Assembly: GCA_013239625.1 (NCBI GenBank)
Contig: MU054323.1
Location: 5,941,220 to 6,005,219 of the forward strand
Source: Lama guanicoe
Lineage: Eukaryota
Direction: 5' to 3'
Length of the DNA stretch: 64,000 nt
Below are positions 24,441 to 37,400 of this stretch, piece after piece. A program made the position numbers and the translations under genes. Each line of letters starts with the position of its first letter. The stretch's first letter is position 1. The notes under the pieces were generated by a model that worked only from the letters and a program-made list of their open reading frames with translations, did no database searches and was not told where the DNA came from.

Positions 24441-24477
<37 letters not shown>
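24441..24477. repeat. (CA)18 microsatellite
   Basis: Direct reading. Confidence 0.97.
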
Positions 24478-24480
<3 letters not shown>

Positions 24481-25479
24481 AATGCTAAATTGGCCAAACT
24501 CACTGCCTGCACCCAGAAACAAAGCGGACCCCTTCCCTCTCTTCCTCCTCCCACCGACCTTGCACTCCCTGCGCCCCCAGGGGCAGATTTGGGCTTTGGC
24601 GCCATCGCTCAGCAAGCTAGCTAGATATCGGCCTCTGTGGTGGAAACGGACAGGCCCACGACCACTGATGGCTTTGACTCTGCAGGGAAGTACAATCGGA
24701 GTTACGAACAGCTGGTTGGCTTTTTGGAATTCAAGCTTCTTACAAGTCAGGATCTGAGAGTGGACCCTCGAGCCAGCTGGCCAATCAGCAAATCCACCAG
24801 AGGCTTGGTCTGGACCCTGGGGAGGCTGAGGAGGAATTAGTGCACAGAACCCCCTGCTTCCAAGGCCCTTGGGGTCTGATCTGGGCTGGGGCAGTAGGGC
24901 CTGGGTGCAGAACCAACTCCCCCAACCCCTGAGCATCCACACCTGTGGCTCTGAGGACAGTGGACAGTAGAGCTTTAGGGAACAAGTGGCAGAGTGGGCT
25001 AGGGTAGGCTGGTGACTGACAGGCCTCTGCCTGTCTGGGAGAGGGTGCAGGCATGGCACTGAGGCTGCAAGGTCCACAGGGAGGATGCATGCAGAGTGTC
25101 CTGGGTGTGCTTCCCTGCCCCGTGTCCAGGGGCCAGGGTGAGTAGTGCCCTTTCTTAGTCTCTCTCTTTTGGTCCAGGGGTCTACCATCTGCAGACTTCT
25201 CTTTTCTTTAAACTTAGCAATATAAGCAATTTGACAGAAATTTTTTAAAAGGACTCAATATATACTAAATTTGAAATCATCAGCCTTTCCAAGTTCTTCT
25301 CACATCTCTTCCACATGCAGACCACGAGAGGATACCAGACTCTCGTGGTTTCTGTTTCTCTCCTAATGGGATTCCACTACATCCGTGTGTCTCCTCCATC
25401 CCAGTGTGGCCCGTCCCCAGGCCCAGCCCCCAGTGCAGCCCTCCTGGAGTGCTGGGGCACACACCTTGGCACCCTCTGG

Positions 25480-25491
25480 CCTATATAAAGC
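25480..25491 (+). promoter_or_regulatory. Candidate TATA box
   Basis: cTATATAAAG fits TATAWAWR and is an isolated AT patch in C-rich sequence. Confidence 0.3.
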
Positions 25492-27139
25492 CTGGGACAC
25501 CTCTAAGCCCCCCACCAGGCCCTGTGTGTGCCCAGCTGTCACAGCCAGCCCTGCAACAGGACTGGGCTTGGGGTGTCACCCTGACCGAGGGCTGTCAGCA
25601 GAGAGGGTGTCCGCATAAGCCACCTCTCAGTATCACCTTCCCAAGGGAGAAGCCAGCTAAAGGAGACACAGGGGTTGCAGGATGGAGCTGAAGACCTCTG
25701 TGTTTCCTTGAAGGGGATCAGTGGCCACTCCAGGGGAGGGTGAAGCCCTGGGTCAAACACGCTCTGGAATTGGAGTATTGGATGGGGGTGTGTATTGTGG
25801 TAATTTTCTCAAGGTTAGCCTCTGCAGTTTCATGAGATCCAGGGCAAGTGCCTGTGCCTCCCAGGACCTCAGTTTCCTAATCTGTGCAATAGGAGGGCTG
25901 GAGGGAGAGGAGCCTCCAGGAGCCTTTCAGGCTGGCTTTCTCTGATTCATTGACCACTTAAAACAAAAACAAAGCCTTGGATGTGGGCAACAGGGAAAGG
26001 GAGGACAAAGGAAGCCTGTTTGCTTGTGCTGGAATCCAAGTTGTAGACTCACTGGCATACCCCTCACCCCTTGCTGGAGGTCAAGGCCAGGCCACTGCCC
26101 TGACTCCTGTTCCCTGCGTCCCAAGACCGTGAGACCGCCAAAGCGCACTGGGAAGGGTAGATGCCAGTGATGAATTACACAGATCTTTCCTTTCAGTGGA
26201 CTATTTACATACCCCCACTCATTAGTGGGAAACAAACTTCTGTATTGTAGCACATAAAAGTTTCCCCATGCTGTAAGGTCACTTTTTCACACATTTTTTT
26301 TCCTAGGCCAACACATATCCTCGTTCTAGATATTTCTATACTTTAGCAAAAGGAACCATTCTCATAGTAATGGGATCCCCGAATAAAGTTCAGTTCATTT
26401 TCATCTCTCTTGCCTCCCTGAATAGTATTGCTGGAAATGTTACATTATCATAAACCAGAGTTCAGGCTGCATGTAGGGTTTCCACAATTGTCATTTTTCT
26501 CTGGATACAAATTCTGATTACTACCCACAGTTTACAAAGACCTGGCTCCCTCCCGCCACCGTTTGTTTGGTAGGTGTGTTTCTTTGCTGGATACACAAAC
26601 CAGACAATGAGAAGTAGAAGGGTTTATGATGGAGGGTCCTGTGTCCTCTGTCCCTCCTCCCTGCCAGCCATCTGGGGCAAAGAAGCTGGGTCAGGGTGGG
26701 TATAGGGAGTGATGGGGGAGGGAGCTGACGTAGGGCGCCCCCACAAGAGGACCCACCCTTTGGCAATCCTGAAGGACCCCTGGAGGAGGCTGTGGGCCCG
26801 AGGCCTTCTAGCTGGCCCGACCTGCAGAAGAAAGGGAAGGGGCTCCTACACAGCAGACTTGGAGGTGAGGTTTGTGTTCTGGGAGTTTCCAGGTAGACTT
26901 GCTTCCCCTAGGACTGACACTTGGACCTCACAGGAGGGTTCAGGATCAGGCTTTCTTCGTGGTACACTGATGCTGTCAGTGCAGCCTACCCCTATGGCCC
27001 CTTTTCCCGGCATCCAGTCTGCCCAGGCCCTCAAGGCGGCCGCTGCTCTTGTCCGCCTCCTCCCAAACATCTGCAAATGCCTCCCCGTGGAGTAGCTGCG
27101 AAGCACCTCCCTCGCTTCCTCCCTTTGTGTTGTGGGGTT

Positions 27140-27350
27140 GAGAAACTGGCTTCAGACTCAGATATCTATGCATTCGAATCGCCCTGATGAGCTTTGTAAT
27201 CCTAGGAACGTGTCTTCACTCCTGTGTAAGATCTTTCATCTGTAAAATGGAGTTTTGTAAGAACTACAGCCCAGTCCAGAGGATGGAATTAGGTAACACG
27301 TCAAGCACCCTATCCGGTGCCTGGCACCCACAGGGATTCCGTAGGTGATG
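27140..27350 (+). mobile_element. MIR
   Basis: actggcttcagactcagata...ttcgaatc...tttcatctgtaaaatgga...ggtgcctggcaccca. Confidence 0.7.
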
Positions 27351-28380
27351 GGGTCGGCCGGCAGCGCCTTTCCTCATGCCCACCCACCCTTCCTCTAGCT
27401 TCTCCCCTGGGTCTTCTTCTCTCTGCAGGTTTACCCACAGTAAACCCTAACTTTCTTTTATTTTAACCAAGTTGGGTAAATCCTTCTGAAGGAACAGCTC
27501 ACACACGCCCCTCTTCCAAGGCATGATGCATGGAGAGGCACAGCCTCTGCGCGACCCATGCCCTGTCCCCCAAGCACTTGACCGCAGTCTCCTCCCCACA
27601 GCTGAGCGTGGGAGCCACTTGTACCCCCACTGCCTAGGAAGGAACAGGGCGTCCAAGAATTCAAGCTCAAGAACACACAGATGGTAAATGTCCGAGCCAA
27701 GACACAGGCTCTACGGAATTCCAGAGCAGAGATGCCCTGATGCTGCAGGGTTGGGGCCGTGGTGGCAGGTGGGAGGTTTGTCCCTGAACTGAGTGACCAA
27801 AGGCTGCTGTGTTTTCTGAGCTTGTGCCCCCGTTTCCCATCGTCTTTCTGCCTCTCCTATCACTCTCATCCATGAAACTTGCTACAGTCCTTGTCTTGCC
27901 CGAAGCAACAGCACCCGCTCACCTGCTGTGGACTGCACATTAGAACTGTGTGCAAAGGAAGCACTCACAGACCACAAACAAGGGTGCTGAGGCTTTCCCA
28001 TGATCAAGGAGCTTCTGCACCACGATGCCACCTGGTTTGCTTGTTCTACAGTTCTGACTGCTCCTTGACTTGTGGCTCTCTTTGGGGTAAAGGAAGGACA
28101 GCTCTTCCTTATTTCTGGGCAGACTGGAGAACTTTCACCTCCTGGTAATCTGATCAGGAAAAAAAAAAAAAGACACTTTTTTGCAGGGTTGGATAGTCAT
28201 CCAAGTGGGTGAGGTGGGAAGGTGAGCAGCCCTTTCAGGTTTTCTCCCCACAGTGTGGGCTGCTGGCCCTCAGGGGACCCAAGGCCCTGGAGTGCAAGAG
28301 GAGGAGCCCACGGCCCAGGCCCTGAGGAGGTGGTCTGGTCTCCTCCACCCCAGCCCTAATTCTGGACCCCTACCTTCTAA

Positions 28381-28513
28381 TGTTTTTGTTTTTGTTTTTG
28401 TTTTTTAGGGTTTTTTTATCTTTTTTTTTTTCAGTGGAGTTACTAGAGATTGAACCCAGGGCCTTGTGCATGCTAAGCATGTGCTCTGCCACTGAGCTCT
28501 ACCCTTCCCCCCC
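28381..28513 (-). mobile_element. vic-1-type tRNA-Ala-derived SINE (camelid)
   Basis: Reverse strand reads ...gggtagagctcagtggcagagcacatgcttagcatgcacaaggccctgggttcaatctctagtaactccactgaaaaa..., followed by an A-rich/(CAAAAA)n tail. Loose flanking duplication acccctaccttcta / accccctgcttcta. Confidence 0.9.
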
Positions 28514-29814
28514 AACCCCCTGCTTCTATTCCTGACTCCTGTGTCAGCTCTCGCTAGGGGGTGCCAAGTCATCTACCATCTCTAAGGGCCAGGCTGCACC
28601 TCTGTCAAATGGGGGTGTGGCTGTGCCCCCAGTACCTGACAGAGTTTGCACAGAGAGTAAACTCCACCCCAGAGAGGCAGCAAGTGCCACGTAGATGCGA
28701 GGACTTGTGCTATGGCCTTGACTTTGCAGTTGCCCTGATCGCCATCTTCAAAGAGCTGCCCCCATAGCAGCTGTCTCTGCAGAGCCCAGGGTCAGAACCT
28801 GTGTCCCTGCCCCTCGGGGGTGGTTCTGGACCTTTGGTGGTGAAAGAGCTTGGGGCAGGAGAGGGAGGGCAGAGGCATTTCGAACTGCCCGGCATTCTGA
28901 CTTCCACTGCTTCCTTCCCCAGCCCCAATCCGCATTTTGTTCAGCGGACTCTGAACGGGGCGAGCTTACTGCCTGGATGCAGGTGGGTAACTGCGCAGCA
29001 CTTCCAGAGCAGGGCCGGGGGCCGAGGACCGCGTTCCTCAGGGAGAGCAGAAAGGACGCGTGTAGTTATTCTCCAGAGTGAGTTTTCAAATCCCTCCTAT
29101 GATCCTTCCTCCTTTCTAAAGCAAAGGACAGAAATGCAAAACTGTGGTTCTTGCCAGTGCTGATAAGGAAAACCAGTGAATGCAGGAGTCTCATTAAGAA
29201 AATCCTAAAATTTTAGTCTTATCACTGCTGCAACATAATACAGTAAGGATGTTAATTCTGACCTCTCTCAGCCCTCCTGCCCCCTGAAATCCCTTTCAGC
29301 CAAGGCTGCAGAATGAACTGCCCCGCCTGCTACAGCCTCAAGTCCTGTCTGATTCGGATTTGGCCCCTTGCCGCACGTTATGGAGTAAGTCTCCAATTTG
29401 TGTGGGCAGGGTTTTGCCCGCTCACACTTCCAGCTGTCTCTGCAGTAATCAGTTCAACAAGCACTGTCTAAATCCCTACTGTGTGCAAGGGAGGGTAGTA
29501 GGAGCTGCGAAGTGTCTGAGTCTAACTGAGCCCGTCTCCTTGTGAGAGCCAATGAACTAAGGAGGGAGTGCTGATTTATGGGCCAGGCTGCCGGCCGACC
29601 TTGTGCCCAGCAAAGACGCATTTCAACAGGCTTCTCGTCCAAGTGATTATTTGCTGTTTGTACCGCTTGGACTTGGCAGTGATTCTACAATTCCTGTTAG
29701 CAAAGCGGGAACAGGAACCTTGAAGTAAGTACCCATCTCATACAGAGATTATCACAGAGGAAGCCTTGTGCCTCTTTGGGGAGTTTGCCTGGACACCTTT
29801 AGCCCTGCTCTGTA

Positions 29815-30063
29815 ATGATAACGAACTTTTTTACTAGCACGCTTCACTCTTCCAAATCCCTTCCCCATACTGCATTTCCTTTCCCCCGTGACACCTCTTG
29901 AGGTGGGTAGAGTTGCCCCCGAGTATTCCCATTTCGCAGAGAAGGAAGCTGATGCCGGAAAGAGGGGGCGACTTGTGACCTGCTCCGAGCTCCGTGAGGG
30001 AGTGTCAGGGCCCGCCCAAACCAAGTGCCTGGCTCCTCATCTGCATCTCTTTCCACTACACCA
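29815..30063 (-). mobile_element. MIR (near full length, decayed)
   Basis: ttgaggtgggtag...tccccatttcgcagagaaggaagctgatgc...gacttg...aaaccaagtgcctggctcc...ctctttccactacacca. Confidence 0.7.
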
Positions 30064-30430
30064 AACCCGAGCCGTCCCCGAGGGCAGACGACACCGCAGT
30101 GGCACAGGTGCCCGCTGGGCCTGCCTGGGCTCCGAGCAGAAGCTGGTGCTCAGAGGGGCTGCGCGAGCTGGAGATGCTGCGCGGAAGAGGCGCCGCGGGG
30201 AACCGCAGGGCTGCAGCTGCCGAGTCACGGTGATAGATGTTCGCGGCTCACGGGTGGGGGCTCGCGGGGCCCTGGTGCCAGGGTGCTGCGCAGCTGGCAG
30301 GTCAGTGGGCCAAGCATCACATTTCAGCAACAGGATCTCAGCACAGACAGTGAGGGGGAACGTGCCGGGCGTTTGTGATCTTCAGCAGGGAGAAGGGCTG
30401 GGGGCCGGGGGAGGGACGGCGGTATGGGGA
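30060..30430 (+). promoter_or_regulatory. Small CpG island; possible first exon ending at a 5' splice site
   Basis: 23 CpGs counted by hand in 30061-30300. CAG|GTCAGT donor-like site at 30300/30301, followed by G-runs at 30388-30415. Confidence 0.45.
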
Positions 30431-30666
30431 ATCGCTCTCTCTGGTTCTATCTGTTCCGTCCGTTTCTTTGCTGGCCTTGCCACCTTTTTTAGCATAAGCA
30501 ATGCTGTGTATCCTTCGCAAGACCCAGTGAGAAAACTGTCCTTAAAAGTCAGAGTATCTGAAGGACCTCGCAGGGAGAGGAGAACACTTGATATGAAAAT
30601 GTTCGGGAAAGCACAAGCCTCCCAGGTTCCTTGCCTCTCGGTAAGAGTTAGAAAGGCATCTTCCAG

Positions 30667-30667
<1 letters not shown>

Positions 30668-30697
<30 letters not shown>
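30668..30697. repeat. (TG)15 microsatellite
   Basis: Direct reading. Confidence 0.97.
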
Positions 30698-30698
<1 letters not shown>

Positions 30699-33600
30699 AG
30701 GGGGAGCGGATTTATATTTGCTAGGGATCCTATTTGGCAGTAATTTTTCTCCCTGTAAGTTTTTACTCACCGCCTCTCAGACTGGTTCTCAGCTGGGTGA
30801 CTTAGGGATCTCCAAAATTCCGACCGGCGAGAATGCACACTGTTACTTTTAATGAGTGGGATTTGTTTTTAAAAGATTTCCCTGAGCCAGCAGAGAGCCC
30901 AGGTGCAGCCCATGGTTCTGGTCCAGGGGACGGGAGGCTGAACACGTGACTTCAGGGTGCCAAGAGCTAAGTGCTCCGTGTAGACACAGAGGAGGGAGGA
31001 GAGCACCAAAGGAGACAGAGCTCTGGGAGCGAAGAAGGCAAAGGCCAGGCCTGCGTCCGAAAGAAAAGAGTTCTCCCTTTGTTCCTCTGCCCACTGCTTG
31101 TCCCTGAGCCTGGCCCCCAAGGAGGGCAGAGGAGATTTCTGGGGCTCAGCCTGGAGAATTCCTTTCTTCTTTTCTTGCTTCCTCCTACGCCACATGGCTT
31201 CAGATCATGACATTTCTGTTCGATGCTGTCAGTGCCTTGGTTTGAGGAGAATGTCTCTGTACCCAGGTCCTTTGGCCAAGAAGAAATGGTGCCCAGAGCC
31301 CGCTGGCATCTGCTCTGGACAGTCTCCCTACCTCCCCCACATGACCAGCAGACAAGTTCCTTCCCCCAGGCGGTGGGGCAGAGCTGAGCTGGAGGTGATG
31401 GGCCAGGCCTGGACCCCAGTCCTGAGCTTGGGCGTGGCCAGAGACAGTAAGGTATAGAACCAGCCGTGACTTGCCTCCTTCCTCGGAAACTTAGTAATCA
31501 CATAGCCGCAAGCCCCAGCCCCTGCCCCTACCCAGAGGCAAGTCCGCAGGGCCAGGGCCCACCAGCTATTTTTGGAAAGCTATCAGGTGTGCAGGACACC
31601 CAGTTGCTTTTTTCCACCTGTTAAAGGGATCCTGTGTCTCTGCCACAGGAGTCCCGCTGCAGCCGGGGCAGCCGCTAAGCTCCCTCCCGATGTCACCCAG
31701 CCACCTCTCCGGCCTTCCCTGGCCGTGGCAAGTGAGTCCTTGAGATCCCTGGGCCCAAGTTGTGGGAAGCATGGACCTTGGACCCTCATACTTGGCCTCC
31801 TCTGCCTCCCTGAGAGGGAGTCTCCAAAGCTCAGAAAGTAAAGTCAGGTCAGGAAGAACCTTGACTCGGTATGCCTCCCTGAGAAGTGTTGGCTCATCAA
31901 GCAGCAGGCCTCGAGTCCTTGTTCTGCAGGAGGTGCTCAGTGAGCGCAGTCAAGCAGGGGCCTGCTGTGTGCACCGTGGGGTTCACTGCCAGCAGGTGCA
32001 GGGCCTGGGGATGTTCAGCCTTAAAGGACAGGAACGGTTTAGTGAGGGGATGCAGGAGGGGAGGTGTCACAGGCAGAGGGAACCATGTAGTGGGGTAGCC
32101 GAGGTGTGACTGGGAATCAGGAGGAGACAGGGAGGCTGGTGCAGGGGCCTCTGCAGGGACAGAGGGACAAGAGCCTGGGGAGTGTGCCAGGTGTGAAAAG
32201 ACATGAAAGCCAGGTGAGGTGTTTGGACATGATCTGATGGATCAGAGCCTCTGAGGGTCAGAGCAGGGAGAGACGGGAGCGTGGCAGTGTGGTGGCCAGC
32301 TCTGCTCTCTGCCGCCGGGAGCGGGGTCTTCCTGTCACGGAGCAGCAGCAGAGCAGCCTTGGGGCAACATCTCTGTGGCCTCACCCTCCACACTCCGTCA
32401 CAAGTCCCGTGAGTATGCGGAGCTGGGGCTGGCTTGGTGGCTCCCGAGAGCCCAGTATCAACATCTCTTCCCAGCTCTGGGTTCTGTGACATCCTTTTGG
32501 TAGCTTGCAGTCTGAAGTGGGAATGTGTATACAACAGAGACAGGCAAATGCTGCGAATTAGGGTCTAGCTGGTTTTGTTTGTTTTGTCCCCGAGCACCCC
32601 CCGAGCTGGCTGTTCAACATTTTCCAGCGCGGCCCTGGGTGATGGCGAGCCCGTGATGGGGTTTATGCAGAGGAACAGGAGTGGGGTCAGCAGCGCCCAC
32701 ACTGAACCGGGAGAGCGCGTTTGTGGACGGGGGTCGTGCCCCTTCCTACTGAGGAGCCTGGAAGGTGGCCTTGGGGATGGGAGAGTTGAACCGTCTTCAC
32801 CCTTTGTTGCCAGTTCTGAAACCAGACTAGGAAACCTGTGACCCTCCTCATCCAGAGGAAACGCGCACTTCCCCGCCTGAGCAGGCTGTTCCCGCCACAC
32901 TGAACTCCTTTCAGCTCCTCCACCGAGGCAGCTTGCTTCGCCTCCCTCCCAGCCGCCCTCGGAAAGCACCCCCTCAGCTCACCCCATCAACACTGGTCCT
33001 GGGCACTGAAAGCCTGGGCCGTGCCTTGCACTTCGGGTGCACTCAGGAGGCACACAGCTGTCCTGCTGCACGCGGGCTGAGTGTGAGAGCCGGGAAGGAG
33101 GAGCTCGCTGGCAGAGAAAGGATCCAAGCTGGGCTCTTTCTTGACAGTGAGTCTGGTTAGTCTCGACTGTGCCGTGAAGGCAGCAGGCTTTGTTCAGTGC
33201 TTCAGACTCCCAAAGCACTTAGCCCGAAGGAGGAGGGTTGATCCTCCCAGCGACGCTGTGAAATGTAAATGTGAAATGTAAAATCCCGTTTCAGAGATGA
33301 AGAAACTAGCGCCAACTGGTAGACTCCAGGCCTGGACCCTGACTCCTGGGACCCTCCATCCGAACCGAGGGCTTCACATGGTTCATCCCAAGTGAGCTCA
33401 GACACCAGGAGCAGCCCAGCCCCTAGGCGATCAGGTCCAGGAGGCAGGTCGGCAGGCCCATTCCCAGCATCCCTCGAGGACTTGCCTCTTAGCAATGGGC
33501 ATCAGTACTGGCACTGAAGGCACTGTTGCTTTTGTTGCTCTTTTGGGAAAAGAAAAACCTGGCTTCTTAGAGCTGTTGTATTTTATTTTTCTGTAAAGAG

Positions 33601-34359
33601 GAAATTAATTTTAGTCTTTCTCTTTGGTTTAAAATGTTGTTCTTTGCTTTTTCCGCCCTACAATTTAAAAGGAAACATTTGTCTGTTGAGAAAAGAAATG
33701 ATAATTATAGACTAAAAATTGTTTCTATTCTGATTTGAAAAAGTGACAAAAAAAAAATTCCATCGCACAGATGGGGCCCTGCTGACGGAGGGTGTTTAAC
33801 AATGAAGCCCCAGGCCGGGTGGGGGCTCAGAATGGCATTCGAGGTAGATTTGGGCTCCAGTATTGCCTGAGAGAGGGACTGTCTCCGAGGCTGGTCTCCA
33901 TCTCCAGTGCTCCATTTCCATTTGTCGTCCCTGTGGGGTCTGGGCATTCTGACCTCCACGTGGTTCAGCAGTGGGCAGACAGTTTACTTGTGGATTGTGT
34001 GGCCCGTGTCTGATGAGCTGTGTGACCAGACCAGGCGCTCCTTCACCTGGCCCCCAAGCTTGAGAGCCACCTATCTTTATTCCTTTAGCCGAGAGCTTTA
34101 CAAAATTACAGTCGCTCCAAGTCCTTCGATCAATAATGCGGGAAACTGATTAGACTGTGAAATTAAACTAATAATGTCATGCTATTAACCCTCAGTCAGT
34201 GGGGAAAGGAGCTCAGAGTAAAGGCTATTTCCTAAACCCATATTGCCCTCTGGATACAATTATTTACTTTTTGGAAGAACTCTCAGGCACGCATGCATTC
34301 CTGGGACCTCTTTCTTTCCCTCGCACCCGGTGTGATCCGCAGTTCAGGGCCCCTTTTAA

Positions 34360-34445
34360 GGGAAGAACAGAGAGGCTGTGTGATTGATGCCATGTGGTCA
34401 CACAGCTAAAGAAGCAATGAGCCTGGCTCTAGAACCCTGGTCCAG
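34360..34445 (-). mobile_element. MIR fragment
   Basis: cagagaggctgtgtgattgatgccatgtggtcacacagcta...gagcctggctctagaaccctggtc. Confidence 0.6.
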
Positions 34446-37400
34446 AGCTCTTTGGTTGCCCGGTTTCTCTTCGGGGGCTGTTCTGGAATTAGTGAGGTCT
34501 TTGTCCTTCCCTGGCCTTCCCACCAAGGAGGAGGAGCTGACACGCCCTTCCTGTTGGCTGTCTCTCGGCTTGTCCTCTGCCGGGACCTGTCAGTTCCACT
34601 GCGGTGGAACGTTGCCAGGGATCAGACCCCCTCTCTAAAAGTGGTGATGGTATTTAATAACTAATTACTCTAATGATCCTGCAGAAATGCTGGAGACCTG
34701 TTTTAGGAGAGATGTCAATTAGAGCCATCTGCACGGTGAATAAAGGAACCCTACCCCAGCTGTACTGTTGAAACATGTTAGCGTTTTCCTACCAGCGGCC
34801 ATATGGTACTTAACGAAAGTGAATTGTTCACACTGCACAACCCGCGCCTCCTGATGAATACCAGCATTTTGTTTTGGAAAATAGTTCCTCAATCGTGTGG
34901 AATATTTTTCAATGCAATAAGTAGCAAGTTGGAAGCTGGCAAGCCCTTGAATGCAAAAAGACTTTCATCACCTCAAGATGCTCTTCCTTCACCCCAGCCC
35001 ACCCCCTGCCCCCACCGGCTGCCAAGCCCAGCTCCACCCCAGCTCCTGCATTCCACCTGTGCCCAGCCCTCAGCATCTGTTTCCAGATATGCTCAGGAAA
35101 GCCGAGGCCACGCAGGGTTCTTGCCCCAGCCCACCTTGGCATCGTGATTGGTGTGAAATTAGAAGCAGAATGTCTGAAGCTACGTAGAATGAGGGCACTG
35201 AGGCTCCAGCTGGGAGGGCACAAAACACTGGGCAAAAGTCCCCCAAGAGCTGAAAAGTAGTACAGGATGTTTAACTGGGTGTGTGACTTCGAGGAAGGGT
35301 TAGCTTTCTGTTTGTGATCTGTTCCTTTCAAGAAGCGCAGAGCTCAATGCTCAGAGCAATGGAGGAGGATGGTTTCTGCGGCTCAGCAGAAGCCTGCCTG
35401 AAGCCTCTTCCTTGTCACCAGCACAGTGGAGGCCACCGATCAGTAGTGACCACAAGTTATTGCCACCTACTGGCCACTCCTGACCTGGGCCCAGACAGCT
35501 GGGGCTGGGGTGCAGCCATCTCCTGTTAGCCGAGAATAGGCACATTTCAGGGGCAAATGAGCACCAAGACTAGGCCTGTGTTCTGCTCTGATACTTATGC
35601 CCCCAACACCCACCCACTTACAGGTTGTACCAGGCAAGTGGGCTCTCCACGCTCTTAGGACTCTGTGGCCAGGAAGAGCTGAGGGTCCTGCCATCAGGGC
35701 TGCCAGAAGGAAGCTGTTTTATTGAGGTCAGCTCTGGGACCGACAGAATTCCACTTGCTGGCAATGTCTATTCCAGAACTTTCCCTCGAACCGAAGGCAC
35801 TTGTTAACGCTTCATAAAAGGCAAGATTGACTGCACTTCATGGTACAGAAGATCGCTGCAAGTCCTGAAAACTGAGATGTTCTTCACAAAAGAGTGTTCC
35901 CATAAATCTCACTTATCTCCGATTCAGCAGCAGCGGGTCCCAAGTTACAATAATAATCCTAAGTTCGGCCCAACACATCCTTAAAGGAAATCCTTCTCGG
36001 TGAAAAATAGCAGAAATGAGCTCCCATCTGTCTCTGACCAGCAAGCTGCACCGTTCGCTTTCCACATCTGTGCCCTGGGTGTCACCCATTCTCACTGACA
36101 CCTGGTCCTATAACAGATGTGTGTCTGAAAGAACCAAGTCACAGTGACTCCCAGGTGACCACCTCAGTGAGGCAACCAAGGCCTAGGGCAGCCTCGATCA
36201 CACTTGACTGTGAAAGGTTCCCAGAGCATCTCAAATAAGTCACTGGCCTTTCCGTAGGCCAGTTCCAGAATGACCCCCACAGACCAGAACCCACTCTGCT
36301 GCCTGTCTTCCCACCCCATACGGGGCCATGCCTGGCAGTTACCCTAAAGAGTTAATCTTTCCTCATTTTAAGGGGAAAAGGGTAGGGAAAGGCTGGGGCC
36401 AGTTTGACATATGCAGCCTGGTCTGAACATGAATGCTGTGCTCAGATGCTGAATTTGATGAATTGCATTATAAAATTTAAAAACAAATTTAAAACTCTAT
36501 TAACTCCCCGTAATGGCCTCCTCCTGGAATACACAGCAACGGCTCACTGGCAAGGAGAAAAAATACTCTCGTTTGCAATGTGCTTCGCTTGCAGCGGAGT
36601 GGAGGCCGGTGGGAGCTGGTGGAGTGTGTGTGGGCCACACGCCCTCTGCACCGTTCCCGGCTTCCTGCTCCTGGGTCAAGAGTGAGGCCCCTGCCCACAG
36701 GCCATCACGGGATCCAAGTGGTCGTGGTTAGACTCTGTCTGGCTCCTATGTCAAACCTAAATTGTGCTTGCTTTCATGGCTAAACTACTTCTTTCAAGAC
36801 AAAACCATGAGAATGAGGAGCTTACAAGATGTGGAGAAGTCTGGAGGGTGGGGAGCCTGTGGTTTGGGGATCAGAGTGTGAGTGTGGACAGGAGGAGGTG
36901 TGTCCTCACCCTCTGCACCTGGAGAAGGGTTAGGGTTGGGAGTTGCTCCTTTGTCACTGCAGGCCTCTGCAAATCAAGGAGCATTCAGGACGAAGTAGGG
37001 GATTGGCTGGCTCCAGACCACCAGCTGGGGAGAGGTGGGCTTTTGTGGAGAGAGGAGATAGCCCTGCAGCTGTGTGTGCAGGTGGGCAGAGAGGAGGAGC
37101 CCGGCTGGCAGGGAGGAGTCCTGGGGGCCGGGGGAGAGCTCCCACCAACCCCGCATCTTTGCAACTCAGAGACCCCAAGCTCAGAGAGGAGTACGAGGGG
37201 CCTAGTCTTTGGGGAGCTCAAAAGGTTTTCTGCCAACGAGGGCTTCTCTGTTTGTCGGGTGGCTCTCAATCCCTCCATGCACATGAAGTGGTTTGGAGAT
37301 ATTTGGGGAGGATGATGGATAGTGTACACATTCGGTAGCCCTGGGTGTCCAGGGGCTATGTAGAAACCACGTGTGTACGCGTTTGTGTAGGTTGAATGTG

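Noticed and set aside
24400..25188. 262-aa minus-strand ORF
   Set aside because: Crosses a (CA)n microsatellite, has low-information P/G/S/L composition, and has no family resemblance.
29888..30724. Longest ORF (278 aa)
   Set aside because: Non-ATG start. It runs through a MIR, a CpG island and a (TG)n tract (CVCVCV), has no recognisable domain, and is explained by stop-codon scarcity in GC-rich DNA.
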